Shown here piece after piece: positions 48,570 to 63,300 of a stretch of DNA of 64,000 nt; position 1 is the first letter of the stretch, and each line of letters begins with the position of its first letter. The position numbers were made by a program, and so were the translations under genes. Below the pieces are notes generated by a model. That model saw only the letters and a program-made list of their open reading frames with translations. It ran no database searches and had not been told where the DNA came from. Location: positions 50,592,001 through 50,656,000 of the forward strand of contig NC_135892.1 of NCBI RefSeq assembly GCF_964194155.1. Reading direction: 5' to 3'. This DNA is from Cetorhinus maximus. Taxonomy: Eukaryota.

Positions 48570-49915
48570 TAGCTGACAATGTGGAAAATTGCCCACGGTG
48601 TCCTGCCTACAAAAAGCAGGATAAATCCAACCTGGCCAATTACTGCCCTGTCAGTCTACTCTTGATCGTCAGCAAGGTGATGGAAGGTGACGTCGACAGT
48701 GCTATTAAACAGCACTTACTCAGCAATAACCTGCTCACTGATGCTCAATTTGGATTCTGCCAGGGCCACTCAGCTCTTGACCTCATTACAGCCTTGATCC
48801 AAACATGGGCAAAAGAGGTGAATTGAGAGTGACTGCCCTTGACATCAAGGCAGCATTTGACCAAGTATGGCATCAAATAGCCCTATCAAAACTGGATTCA
48901 ATGGGAAAGGGAAAAACTTCCCACTGGTTGGAGTCATAAGGTGGCTGTGGTTGTTGGAGGTCAATCATCTCAGTTCCAGGACATCACTGCAGGAGTTCTT
49001 CAGGGTAGTGTCCTCACCCCAACCATCTTCAGCTGCTTCCATCATGACGTTCTCTACCATAAGGTCAGAAGTGGGCAAGTTCGCTGATGATTGCACAAGC
49101 TTCCTCAGATACTGAAGTAGTCCATGTCCATATGCAGCAAGACCCAAACAACATTCAGGTTTGGGCTGATAAGTGGCAAGTAACATTCACGCCACACAAG
49201 TGCCGGGCACTGACCATCTCCAACAAGAAATATCTAACCATCTCCCCAATAAATTCAACAGTAATACCATCACCAAATCCTCCTCTAACAACATCCTGGG
49301 AATTCATGTTGACCAGGAACTGAACTGGACCAGCCATATAAATACTGTGGCTACAAGAGGTCACAGGCTGGGAATTTTGCAGTGAGTAACTCATCTCCTT
49401 AAAGCCTGTCCACCATCTACAAGGCACAAGTCAGGAGTGTGATGGAATACTCTCCATTTGCCTGGATGAGTGCAGCTCCAACAGCACTCAAGAAGCTTGA
49501 CATCATCCAGGGAAAGGAGCCAGCTTGACTGCCACTCCATATACCACCTTAAACATTCACTCCCTCCACCACTGATGCACAATGGCAGCAGTGTGCACCA
49601 TCTCCAACATGCACAACAGCAACTCCCTTGCCATCATCTTCCAAACCCTCCACCACTTAGAAGGACAAGTCAGCAGATGCATGAGAACACCACCACCTGC
49701 AAAGTCCCCTCCAAGCCACACACATCTGACTTGGAACTATATCACTGTTCCGTCACTGTCGCTGGGTCAAAATCCTGGAACTCCCTTCCTAAGGAGCACT
49801 TTACATGTGCCTACACCATATGCAGCTTACTGCCACCTTCTCAAGGGTAATTAGGAATGGGCAATAAATGTTGGCCTAGCCAACTATACCCACAAGCTGT
49901 GTAAGAATTAAAAAA
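48570..49915 (+). mobile_element. Second-family LINE, 5'-truncated, antisense to PAPOLG
   Basis: KKQDKSNLANYCPVSLL, QFGFCQGHS, GKFADDCT; family tail ggcaataaatg..ggcctagcc. Confidence 0.9.
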
Positions 49916-52115
49916 AATTGTGGCACTAAATGAAGCCTTTAAAATCAAGGCCCAAATCTTTTGGTCTCTGGAGATATGACTGAAGTTGCCTGTTAGGATT
50001 CTGTGGAAGTCCTGACGTGTGGACCTACGTGGGAATTTCCGGGGAAGTTTAAAACTTCTGATGGGCAATTCCCTGCTGCCCGGAATTCTGCACGAATGTC
50101 TCCAACTCTGAGCTAGAGCTGGAGGCTTGGGACAGATGTGTGTGACTTACCTTGATAATTACCCAGGAAATGTTAAGACAGTTTAAAACCTGGTCTAACA
50201 CCTAGGCAACTTCACAAATCGACACCCCCAATCATTCACCCGCCCCCACACCCCACATCCCCCAGACCCGACCATCCCCACCCCAAACTCCTGCCCTAAC
50301 TACCGTCCCCATCCACACTCGAAACTTATCGGAATACCACTGTGAGTGCTAGCTAGTGCAGCTAGTCTTCTCTTCCCCTGACTCCACTCCATTTTGATGG
50401 GAGTTCTCTGGCTGACGCTGAGCATTCCTTTGAAGTCCGGGATCAGCAGATCCCAGGCAAATGCGCAGCAGCGTCAGGTCGCACGAATCTTCACACAATG
50501 GAAGTGTGCACAGCATTGCCGCTGCTCAGAGGTTTCAGGTTCAAGTCTTAAAGGCAAAATAATTATTGCATTTCAGATAACACTTGTCTAAAATTTTCAC
50601 TCTATTCAGCTTCTAGATAATGTTTGAGCTTCATTCTGAAGGATAGATGCCTTGTTTCTGTTGATCTTTACCCAAAGCCCTAGCACATCACTCCAGTACC
50701 AATTTAGAAAAGAATGATGGATTGGCAACAACTTCAAATGTCATTGGAATTTAGAAATTGAAGCAATTTAGACAATTAAGAAATTGTCATTTTGCCCATA
50801 GTCAATAGGAATCAATAGGACTAAATTTGAGACTCATCAACTTGCTGATCATGGCAGCAAATGTAATTGATGTGGCTTACCCAACACATTCACCTGGATT
50901 GTTATGCATCCACAATACTGTTTCTGCCCCATAAGCATTGAACCTTAGGGTTTCCACTAGAGCACCTTGTTTAGAGACTCTTCCTAGGATATCATTCCCA
51001 CTTTGGTCTACACTAGTTGAGATTACTCAATTTTGACCTCAGTTCCCGAGAATCCGTGGCATCAGATCCTTATAACTCCTTGTCATCAACTTCAGTATGA
51101 CTAACTTGCATTAGCAATTTTAGTTCTAAAATAAGAGGTACAGAAATTCAATCTGAATAATAAGCACGTGACACTAGTGCACTTTTAAGGTTTGGAGCGT
51201 GATGGATATCAGCCAGTGGGGATAATGTAAAGATATAACATTTGTTTTTGTGTATCACGGCATGAATGTGATAACTTAAATTAACTACAGGCTCAATTGC
51301 TTTATTGCAAGTTATAACTAATGTCTCTGCTGCCTTCCAGAATAGGATTTCTAAGCTACAAATTGAGTCAACCAGTTGTAGAGAAGGTCTGCAAACTAGC
51401 CACATGTTGGAGTAGCGGATAAATCAGAAATTTGTTGAAGAATCCCAACTGCTAACCCCTTCGCCATTCCTATCCATAAGTGCAAGTGGTTGAAGATTTA
51501 TGGCTTTAGTTATTGCTGTCTAGTACTTCTGCCTGCAACTGCTGCCAGGAAAGATAGTAATGCCATTTTAAAAAGAAAATGTACTATTTAAAAAAAACCA
51601 AATATACAAAGGAATTTGGATGATCATCAGACCAAAGCAAATGACACAAACATGAAACATTGAGAAAATTAAGAATCAAATGAGACTTATAACAGGTGAT
51701 TTTTTAAATTACACTTCAAGTGCTGTGGGGCATTTTTTTCTACATTAAAAAAAGTGCTAACAGAGGCATTTTCAAATATATTTTAAGGGTATGTGTAGCT
51801 TCAGGAATTAGCTATGTGGAAAATGCAATAACTACTTTTAGCAGGTAGTACATGCAAAAGCTAAAATCTGCAAATTGGCCAGTATTGGACGTATTATGAT
51901 TAAATGCTAATTTCCAAGATAAATTCATATCTGCGATGTATTGTGGTATTATCAGGTTTAAAACAAATATCATACATCATATTCAGTATATTCCCCAAAG
52001 GAAGTACACAAAAGCCATAGACAAGTTTAATTAGCTAGTGTATTTCAAGCAGTCATACATGGGCTCCACCCAATTTATAACATGAGGCATTTAAGTCAAT
52101 GTAAAGCTTAACTTA

Positions 52116-52262
<147 letters not shown>

Positions 52263-52694
52263 TTAGGAGTCATCTAAAGAACCACAATTTTGAAGTAGGA
52301 CATGCAGTGCAGAAATAGGACATTCAGCCCAATTAATCCAATACCAGTGTTAAATTGCATCCAAGCTTCCTCCCATCCTTCCCATCTAACTGCCAGTATA
52401 TTCCCTTCTTCCCCATAAATACATGTATAATATTTACCTCATCACTCTCTCAGTAAAGACCTTTCTGAATTACCCATTTTGGGTAAACATCTTTTAATGG
52501 CCCCTAGTTTTTCCTCCTCCCAAAAAAGTTGAAACACTGTCTTTTATCAAAACATTACATAAAGATTTTTTAATTAAGTCACCACAGCCTTCTCTTTTCA
52601 AGACCACCCAGCCAGATTAACTTGTTCCAATAGGAATGACCTTGCAGTTCTGGCATTATCATTGTAAGTCTTTTTTTTAAACTGGAGTATTCAC

Positions 52695-52748
52695 CATTCT
52701 AAGTGATGATCTTCAGTGGATGCACTTGCTGTTAATACAATGTAGTGC
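52695..52748 (-). CDS. PAPOLG: PAPOLG exon 13
   Basis: HYIVLTASASTEDHHLEW; 54 nt. Confidence 0.96.
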
Positions 52749-53559
52749 CTGTAAACAAATAAAAATAGTTTTAATAACTTCAAGTAAGTTGAGAATCTCA
52801 CAAAAAAAAATTTCAGAATAAAACTGTAAAATGACCTCATTATGAATTATTCATAGCAAAAAAGACTTCAAAAAGATGTTATGCAGCAGTGGAGTGGCTT
52901 GACCATAAGCAATGTCTTACGATTTTCAAAATTAATCACCAATTCACACCTTAAGCACGCTCCACTACTACAGCACAAAATGGGTAAGCATTAGATTGTT
53001 ATTGTTAACAAGCAAACATACACATTTCAGTAGCTTAACCTCAAGCAAAAAGATAACTCCCCAAATTAAAATACAAGTCACAAGAAAAAGCACAAGCCTG
53101 GTGTGATTTATACAATTCTCTTAGTGAACAGCGTCTTAAGGAGCAGTACTCCAAGACAGAAGCAGCCTCAGTCTGACAGTGTCTCTAATTTTGGCAGCCA
53201 ACAGGAAAAGCCTATCTCGAGTCTGAACCAGCTTAGTTTTGACCGAATAAATTGAGACGGTGATCTTCTGTTTCTAGACAAAGTCGAATCTTTATTCCTG
53301 TTTATGAAAAGAATGGAGGAAGATAATGTTCTGATGGTGGAATCTATATACTGTTACGATCCTTACAGAGTCCAATAATGTGGAAAGAATTCCCAAATGA
53401 CCAATGAAAGGAACTGTTGGACAAGGTTTCACTTTAAAATTTTTGCTGTAACAGTCAAACCCAAAATCAACAAATTAAGTGTGTGTTAACAGACAAATGC
53501 ATTTGAATGGAAAAGACGCTTTTTGCAAAAAGTGTAGGTTTGGTCACAATACTCATGAT

Positions 53560-53870
53560 TATTGATGAAGAGACATGTCGAAGATTTATGTTTTGCACTC
53601 ATCAGGGCACTTGGCAAAAAAAAACAAGCTTATGCTGTATGCGATGAGTGCTGATTGGTTGGCAAGTGGACTCTGAATGGTAGAGGCCATTGAGGATGCA
53701 CGAGTTGATGATGACTGACAGTTAACTGCCAGCATTGTTTGAAATTTAAACCAGGCAGCTTGACACTGATTCCTCAGGGCTATGCCTTGACCAGAGTCAG
53801 CGAATGACTGTCACTTATTTTGTTTAGCTGAAACAGTCTCAATATGTGCACACGTTCTATCTGCAGAGAC
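53560..53870 (-). mobile_element. Penelope-like terminal fragment
   Basis: Similar to 20350-20600; carries a CTGATGA hammerhead-core remnant at ~53575-53607. Confidence 0.55.
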
Positions 53871-54774
53871 ACTTTTGATTCATGTAAATAAATTTAGCCC
53901 AAAGCTTTGTTGTCTCAATACAGTGCTATTTCAGGTAGTACAGGTTATACAGTGGGGGCCATGAAGTAAGGGTGCTGCATTATGACCAGTGCATGGTATA
54001 ATGCAACAAAAATTGGGTAGGAAAGAAAAGTACACTCCAGATTATATGCACAACAATGGGAATGACCAACGATTGAACCTTGAGAAAATATTTAGCATAA
54101 AAATAATCTATCCAATATGGAAAGAAAAATGTGGAATAAAGAAATTAGCTTGTGTAGGGACACAGCAGAGCTCAGGAAATCTTCAACTTCTAAGAATCTG
54201 AAGAATTATGCCACATTGTTGGCTCAAATAGAAAACATCTTCCTATTTTTAAGTAGCTGTGAAACAACTATCAGGTTCCCTAGAATGAGGGGGTCACTCA
54301 CTACGCCTTTTGTTAGGGACCAAAAGAAACACATGAGGATCCCTACCCATACTAGCAGTGGATCCGTTCACAAAATACACCCAATAGTACTGAGCGGGGG
54401 ATAGCAGGTGCTGGATACAGGCATACACAGTTTCAACAGTCTAACTGTGACGATGACATGACAAAACTAATATTAACAGTACATTGGAATACAACAAAAC
54501 TGAAGTAATGAAATTGTAAGTAGTTCTCAGTTGATATGACATCACCATGGCAACCAACTTTCAGATATCCCTTACCACAATGGTGCACTATAATTCAAGT
54601 TTTTATTAATACATAATCAATAGGTTTAAAATCTAATCAAAGCTTTTCATATATTTTTGTAAATTGGAATAGATCTCTCCAGAAACAGGTTGAAAATGCT
54701 CACACATTTGCAATAGGACTATAATATTGTACTAGAAGTTTATAGGCTACATTGTGAAAGAGTACAACTACTTA

Positions 54775-54879
<105 letters not shown>

Positions 54880-55632
54880 TCAGTATGGATCTGGAATAAA
54901 ATCACACTTCAACAGTGCAAATAAAACAAAGCACCTTAAAAGCATATTAACTGCAGATTTAACTTGTGGAATTTCATTTAAAACGGACATCCAAAATTAT
55001 TCAGTGGTGCTAAATTGGACAATTCTGAGCTCAAAATCCTGTGGGAATTAAGATATGTCCTAAGCCTGACTAAGGCACCAAGATATGTATATGTGAAACC
55101 ACAACTGAACCATTGTTCATTAAAAATCTCTGCTTTTGGATAAGGAATTAACTATCTTGATTTTGGACTAAGTTTTGTTTGAAAAAAAAGGACATTAGAA
55201 TGTTCATGAAAGAAATTAACAAAATTCTTTACTTTGGTGGTGGTTGAAGTAAAAGGGAGCACAAGAGGCAAGTCATTGAAAATAACAAATTGGTTTAAAA
55301 GACAAGCTAATACACTGCTGCAAAAAGAAGGGTTTCAGGGTGAACAGACTGGTAGGTAGTGCTATTTTTAAAGATGCCGTTTTATGTTTTATAGCAATAG
55401 TTTTTTGGAGTGATATTTTTTAAAGCATAAGGAGCATTGCTGTGATACTATACAAATAGCATTTCTGCCAAAATTACAAACGATCAAGTCCTTTTTTAGA
55501 AGACTAATTTTTTTTAGAATTTTAGAAAGACAGTGTGGACATCAAATAAAGATCTTGTAGCCTATAAAAAAACCAGCAACTAATAAAAACATTTTCTGCC
55601 AAACTACAAGGTATATTTAAATAAAACATTTA

Positions 55633-55800
<168 letters not shown>

Positions 55801-55831
55801 TCAAGTTAGTATTCAGTACTGTGCTCAGTCA

Positions 55832-55951
<120 letters not shown>

Positions 55952-56879
55952 CTATTTGATAACACCAATGTAAAAGCTAAACAACAACAAAAAAAAACAC
56001 TAGCTCAGCTTCAATGCTAACCAAACAGTAAAGCTTCTAACAATTTATATACACTGGTGATCGCACTCTGCTGCAGCCAGGTGATACCTCTTTATATTAC
56101 CTGGCTGGGTTATCAAACCAAAAATTCTCCTGCTTAAGAGAGCACTTTATGTAAACAAGCACATGCAGGGTAACAATACATTCCTGCAGGTACAAATTTT
56201 AAACATTAAAAAAGGTTAGACTGCAAGTGGGAGCATCAGCAATCAATTCTGAGTAGGTTTAAAAGTTCTTAGGAGGTCCAAGGAAGCCCTAAAGTGCTTG
56301 CTAAGATCAAGTTTGATGTTATGCTACATGTGATGCCAAACCCAAGTGGTGCGAAAATGCCTTCCCCAGAACACCTCTCAATGCAAATCAGAAATCACTT
56401 CAGGATATGCAAATTTTTAAAAAGTTGACAACGTTGGTTTGGTTTTATACCAGGTCCTTAGGATTTTAGTTCCACAATAATGCAATATAAATTTTAGACT
56501 AAGTGAAGAGCAGTTTATTTGAAATCGTTAAAAGACAATACAAATGTCTGTACTGGAGTGCTGTTTTTCAGTGTTACAAGATAAATGTTCTCTTTTTCAG
56601 CTATGAACATCATTGCAGTTACAGTACATTAGCACAGAGAACAAGAAAGCTGAACTCCATGCAAGCTTTTAGTATCAGTATTACTGGTGAACATTACCAA
56701 AATTCAATGGTCAACTGTATACATTCAATTATCACTATTTTTGGACAAAAAGCCCTGTGGTTTTAATCAACAGCTTTAACTAATTTATTGCACCACACAC
56801 TTCTTGGAGTACTGGCTTTGGTATATTCTGAATGAAATCTATTCCACACAGGGAAATTGAACTACTTTAACAATGGAAT

Positions 56880-57272
56880 TGAAACAAAGTGCTGGAAATA
56901 CTTCTTCAAGGTTCGGAGACAGAGCCAGCTTATATTTCACCCCTCTCCTAATTTTACTCAGTTCTGTTGAAGGGCCATGAGGACTCGAAACGTCAACTTT
57001 ATTCTTCTCCGCCGATGCTGCCAGACCTGCTGAGTTTTTCCAGGTAATTCTGTTTTTGTGCTGGAAATGCTTAGCAGGTCTGGCAGCATCTGTGGAGAGC
57101 TAATGTTTTTAGTTGAATATGACTCTTCTTCAATGTTCTGAAGACGAGTAATTTACAACTGCAAATGTTAACTCTGTTCCTCTCTCCCCAGATCCTGCCA
57201 GGCCCCCTGGGTAATTCCAACGCTTTCCATTTTTATTTCAGGTTTCCAACATCCGTAGTATTTTGCTTTACA
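56880..57272. mobile_element. Nested Penelope-derived short repeats with hammerhead-like cores
   Basis: Insert 56904-57057 flanked by a 15-bp TSD (gtgctggaaatactt/gtgctggaaatgctt) inside an inverted-repeat element centred near 57133. Confidence 0.65.
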
Positions 57273-57382
57273 ATGTATACTCGAAAAAGTTTACACAATT
57301 CATCCTCTTCAATATATAACTTCCATGGTATATTTTTCCAATTATCAGTAAAGTTTTTGCAAGTTCCAAATAGTTTTACTTA

Positions 57383-57535
<153 letters not shown>

Positions 57536-57607
57536 TTACAATAGCATTCAGTACTTTTTCTTTTAACACCTGCTAAAGATTAGTCAGTAAATGAAGTATC
57601 TGTGCTA

Positions 57608-57748
<141 letters not shown>

Positions 57749-58058
57749 TCAAAACATTGACATCTACAGTCAAGTATTGAACTAGCTTTCCAAAATTTGC
57801 ACCAAGTCAATGTTGTACTCATGTATAATGTATGAGAACAGTCAATGATCAATGAATTTTGCAACCAGCTACAATATAATGCTACAAAACTTTCATGCTG
57901 GATATTTTAACCTCTTATCAGTTACAGGTAATCCCGATGTAAACTCTTGTTTAAGCCTTCTTTATTGTTTAAATTATATTTAATGGCTTATACTAGTTAA
58001 TATCAGAGGTAGAAAAGTAAAAAAAAAAATTGCAAAATATTAATTAATCTGTATACTA

Positions 58059-58259
<201 letters not shown>

Positions 58260-58394
58260 TTAAAAGATGTGCATCACCATATTATTGTAAATTAAGCAAA
58301 TGCCCTCTAATTGTGTCTAGAAGAATTTGCTGAAAATCTGGAGCTAGTTAATCTAACAAATTTTTCTAAAAATACCAGCATGTATAATGAATTT

Positions 58395-58930
58395 TTTAAT
58401 AAAATTTGTTCATGGGATCTGGCCATCACTGGCTAGGCCAGCATTTAGTGTCAATCCCTAATTGTACATGAGGTGGTGGTGAGCCACCTTCTTGAACCAC
58501 TACAGGCCATGTAGCATAGGTACACCCACAATGCTCTTAGGAAGGGAGTTCTAAGATTTCAATCCAGCAGTGAAGGAACGGCGGTATTGGTTCCAAGTCA
58601 GGATGGTATGTGACTTCGAAAGGAACTTGCAGATGGCGGTGTTCCCATGCATCTGCTGCCCTTGTCCTTCTAGGGGGTAGAGTTTGTGGGTTTGGAAGCT
58701 GCTGTCGAAGGAGCCTTGGTGAGTTGCTGCAGTGCATCTTATAGGTGGCATACACTGCTGCCACTGTGTATCCGTGGAGGGAGTGAATGTTTGTGGATGG
58801 GGTGCCAATCAAGTGGGCTGCTTTGTTCTGGACGATGTCAAGCTTCTTAAGTGTTGTTGGCGCTGCACTCATTCAGGCAAGTGGAAAGCATTCCATCATA
58901 CTCCTGATTTGAGCCTTGTAGATGGTTGAC
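58395..58930 (-). mobile_element. Second-family LINE 3' end
   Basis: MSAAPTTLKKLDIVQNKAAHLIG plus the family tail. Confidence 0.88.
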
Positions 58931-59361
58931 ATTAAAATCATTTATGCATTACAAACATACATGCAGCTTGAAACTTGTATTTCTACATAAGCTCTTATTT
59001 CAGTGAATTTTATGTATCATCTTAATTTTAAAAACTTAGAATCATAGCTTACTGCTATATCCCCCCCATGGATTTGCCCTTCACTAAAAGAGTTTGTGGC
59101 CTTCATTGTTCAATTGGAGACCAGATTAACAGGAGAAAAGATCTCTCCCCATGGGGATAAGAGGCCATAAATGTCAGAGTCATGCCCAAGCATTGAACAT
59201 CCCAATTTGAAACTCAGATTTGGATCAAGTGGAACAAAAGCTCACACTTCATTACATCTGTGCAAAAGAAGCCCAGTTAATGTAATAATTACTAGAGAAA
59301 AAAAATGTATACTGTATTCTTTTACAAATTTGTGCAATTAGGTTACTATGAGCAGTCTTAC

Positions 59362-59415
59362 CTCAATATTATCAAGTTCAAATTTGATAACTGGAACATA
59401 TGCATCTTCGACAGC
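59362..59415 (-). CDS. PAPOLG: PAPOLG exon 6 (first exon in window; exons 1-5 lie beyond 64000)
   Basis: tgcag|AVEDAYVPVIKFELDNIE|gtaag; 54 nt. Confidence 0.96.
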
Positions 59416-60379
59416 CTGCAAAATAAAAAGGGCAAAAAGATAGATGTGGACCATCAATTATGATTAACTTCTTAAAAAGCTAGCAAAAAAAAGTAGGGGT
59501 CAATCCTTGGCTAGACCCATTTCAAAACAACTGGGCACCCTTCAGATCTTTATTACGTACAGGTAAGGTTTAGGTGCGCGTCGAAATCCTCGGATTAGGG
59601 TGTTTCTTCACTCAAGTGAAAAAATATCCAATGCATTAAAAATATCCAAATGCGTAAGAGGCACAGTATTAGCAATCAATTTCTAATTTGCTGTTTTAAA
59701 TTCAATGGCACAAAATAAACTGCTTGGAAAATGTTGTTATAGCAAATGGCCATTGTCAAGTAGAAGCTTGCTCTCAACTGATTTATAAAAAAAACCCTTT
59801 GGGTTAAAAGGAAGAGGAGAAAAATAAAGCAAAAAGGAAGTTATGAGGTTACAATTTCCATGGTTAACATGTTCAAAAGTAGTACACTAGTGGCTCCATG
59901 TTTTTCTACTCATTTGTACCAGTTAGCTTACATAAAATGCCATTCAATTTGCCAAAATGCTGCAAAAGTAAATGAATACAAACATTATTAGGCATTAACT
60001 TTTAAAGCTAAACATTCAAAGTAAAACAAAAATACCAACGTCTTCCCCCTAATGGCCTGATGCAAAAAAGCCCATATAAAAATACACACGCCAATGTATT
60101 CTTAGTGGACCTTCTACCATATTTCTCATGGTTAGAGGAAGGATAGAATTCTAGGATTTGGCTGCAACAGGATTAGGGAAGTAAATGGAAAGAGACCCAG
60201 AGCCACCAGCATCTCAGTAGATGGCCATAGACAGAAAACTAATAACTGGAAGAGGCGCCCCAATAGAAGAATGGAGATAGATAGTGTAAGGAACAGGTTT
60301 ACAAATTTGCTGTAATGAGAAAGGAGAGAAAGTAGCTACATCAAATAATAACAGGAATAATTGGGAAGAGTGTCCTGTA

Positions 60380-63300
60380 GTCAACATCGCTGTGAAGCAG
60401 TCACTTCAAAAAATGACGTCAGCACAAAAGTGACAGCTGATTGGTGAGTAGTGGGCAAGTGTTTTTCTCCAGTTCAAAATAGATTAAGCTAAGGAAAGGT
60501 AAGGGTTCTAGTTTTTATTTAATGTACATAAATAATTTAACTTTTTTAAAAAAAAAATCAGTATTTGACTAAAATGATTTTTTTTCCCCAACTAGAGGCA
60601 TGGCAGGGCAGCTCAGTCCTGTGTTATGTACCACCTGCAACATGTGGGAAGTCCTAGACGCTCCTTGCGCTCTGACCGACCACGTGGGCAGGAAGTGCCT
60701 CCACGAGGCTAAGAGTTTTGTGAATAGCACGTTTTTAGACGTGGTCAACCCGCAGCTTACGGAAGTGCAGACACAGAGGGAATGGGTGACCATCAGTCAA
60801 AAGAAATGTTTTAGGCAGGTAGTCAGGAAATTCCCATGGTGCATCTCGCTCGAGAACCATTTTTTTGTGTTGGAAAACGGTGAGAGTGAGATAGTATTAG
60901 ATGCAAGGAAGAGGCATACAAATTGGCCAGAAAAAACAACAGACCTGAGGATTGGGAGCAGTTTAGAATTCAGCAAAGGAGGACCAAGGGATTGATTAAG
61001 AAGGGGAAAATAGAGTACGAGAGTAAGCTTGCGGGGAACATAAAACCTATAGAAACTTTTACAGTCAGTTATGTGAAGAGATAAAGATTGGTGAAGACAA
61101 ATGTAGGTCCCTTACAGTCAGAAACAGGGGAATTTATAATGGGGAACAAAAATGGCTGCCCAGCTAAATACATACTTTGGTTCTGTCTTCACAAAGGAGG
61201 ACACAAATAACATACCAGAAATGTTGGGGAACACAGGGTTTAGTGAGAGGGAGGAACTGAAAGAAATCAGTATTAGTAGGGAAATGGTGTTGGGGAAATT
61301 AATGGGATTGAAGGCCGATAAATCCCCAGGGCCTGATAATCTACATCCCAGAGTACTTAAGGAAGTAGCCCTAGAAATTGTGGATGCATTGGTGGTCATC
61401 TTCTGAGATTCTATAGACTCTGGAACAGTTCCTACAGATTGGAGGGTAGTTAATGTAACCCCATTATTTAAAAAGGGAGTTAGAGAGAAAACAGGGAATT
61501 ATAGACCAGTCAGCCTGACGTCGGTAGTGGGAAAAATTCTAGAGTCCATTATAAAAGATTTAATAGCTGAGCACTTGGCAGAATCAGACAGAGTCAGCAT
61601 GGATTTATGAAAGGGAAATCATGCTTGACAAATCTACTGGAATTTTGAGGATTTAACTAGTAGAGTTGATGAGGGGTGCCGGTGGATGTGGTTTATTTGG
61701 ACTTTCAGGAGGCTTTCGACAAAGTCCTACATATCAGTTTAGCAAGTAAAATTAAAGCGTATGGAATATGGGGTAGTGTACTGAGATGGATAGAAAACTG
61801 TTTGGCAGACAGGAAACAAAGAGGAGGAATAAACAGGTCATTTTCCAAATGGCAGGCAGTGACTGGTGGGGTATTGCAGGGATCAGTGCTGGGACCCCAG
61901 CCATTCACAGCGTATTAATGATTTAGATGAGGGAACTAAATGTAATATCTCCAAATTTGCAGATGAGACAAAGCTGGGTGGGAGGGTGAGCTGTGAGGAG
62001 GATGCAGAGATGCTTCAGTGTGATTTGGACAAGCCGAGTGAGTGGACAAATGCATGGCAGATGCAGTATAATGTGGAGGTTATCCACTTTGGTAGCAAAA
62101 ACAGAAAGGCAGATTATCTGAATGGCTATAAATTGAGAGAGGGGGATGTGCAACGAGACCTGGGTGTCCTCATACACCAGTCGCTGAAGGTAAGCATGCA
62201 GGTGCAGCAGGTGGTAAAGAAGGCAAATGGTATGTTGGCCTTCATAGCCAGAGGATTTGAGTACAGAAACAGGGACGTCTTGCTGCAATTGTACAGGGAC
62301 TTGGTAAGACCACACCTGGAATATTGTGTGCAGTTTTGGTCTCCTTTTCGGAGGAAGGATGTTCTTGCTATAGAGGGAGCGTAGCAAAGGTTTACCAGAC
62401 TGATTCCTGGGATGGCGGGACTGACATATTAGGAGAGATTGAGTCAGTTAAGATTATATTCGCTGGAGTTCAGAAGAATGAGGGGGGCAGGGGGATCTCA
62501 TAGAAACCTATAAAATTCTAACAGGACTAGACAGGGTAGATGCAGGAAGGATGTTCCCGACAGTGGGGGAGTCCAGAACCAGGGGTCACAGTCTGAGGAT
62601 ACGGGATAGACCATTTAGGACTGAGATAAGGAGAAATTTCTTCACCCAGAGAGTGGTGAGCCTGTGGAATTCGCTACCACAGAAAGTAATTGAGGCCAAA
62701 ACACTGTTTTCAAGAAGGAGTTAGATATACCTCTTGGGGCGAAAGGGATCAAAGGATATGGGGAGAAAATGGGAGCAGGTTATTGAGTTGGATGATCAGC
62801 CATGATCATAATGAATGGCGGAGCAGGCTCAAAGGGCCAAATGGTCTGCTCCTTCTCCTGTTTTCTATGTTCCTTTGGGGAGTGCAGCCACGCTCATGGC
62901 ACTGAGTGGCTCAGCTGCACGGGGGTGGGGGAGGAAAAAGAGGGGAAGACTCGATAGTAAGGGGAACAGACAGGCGTTTCTGCAGCTGTAGACGTGACTC
63001 CAGGATGGTATGTTGCCTCCCTGGTGCCAGGGTCAAGGGTGTCACTGAATGGCTGCAGGGCATTCTAAAGGGGGGCACAAACAGACAGAGATCGTGGTAC
63101 ATATTGGTACCAATGGCATAGGTAGAAAGAGGGGTGAGGTCCTGTAAGCAGAATTTAAGGAGCTAGGAAACGGATTAAAAAACAGAACCTCAAAATGTAG
63201 TAATCTCTGGATTACCGTCCGGTGCCGCTATTGAGCACAGAAATAAGTTAGTCCAGATGAATGTGTGGCTGGAGACATGGTGCAGGAGCGAGGGCTTTAG

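Noticed and set aside
49945-50545. MITE/DNA transposon (also 30430-30900)
   Set aside because: GC-richer than the flanks and probably repetitive, but I could not define convincing terminal inverted repeats or a TSD.
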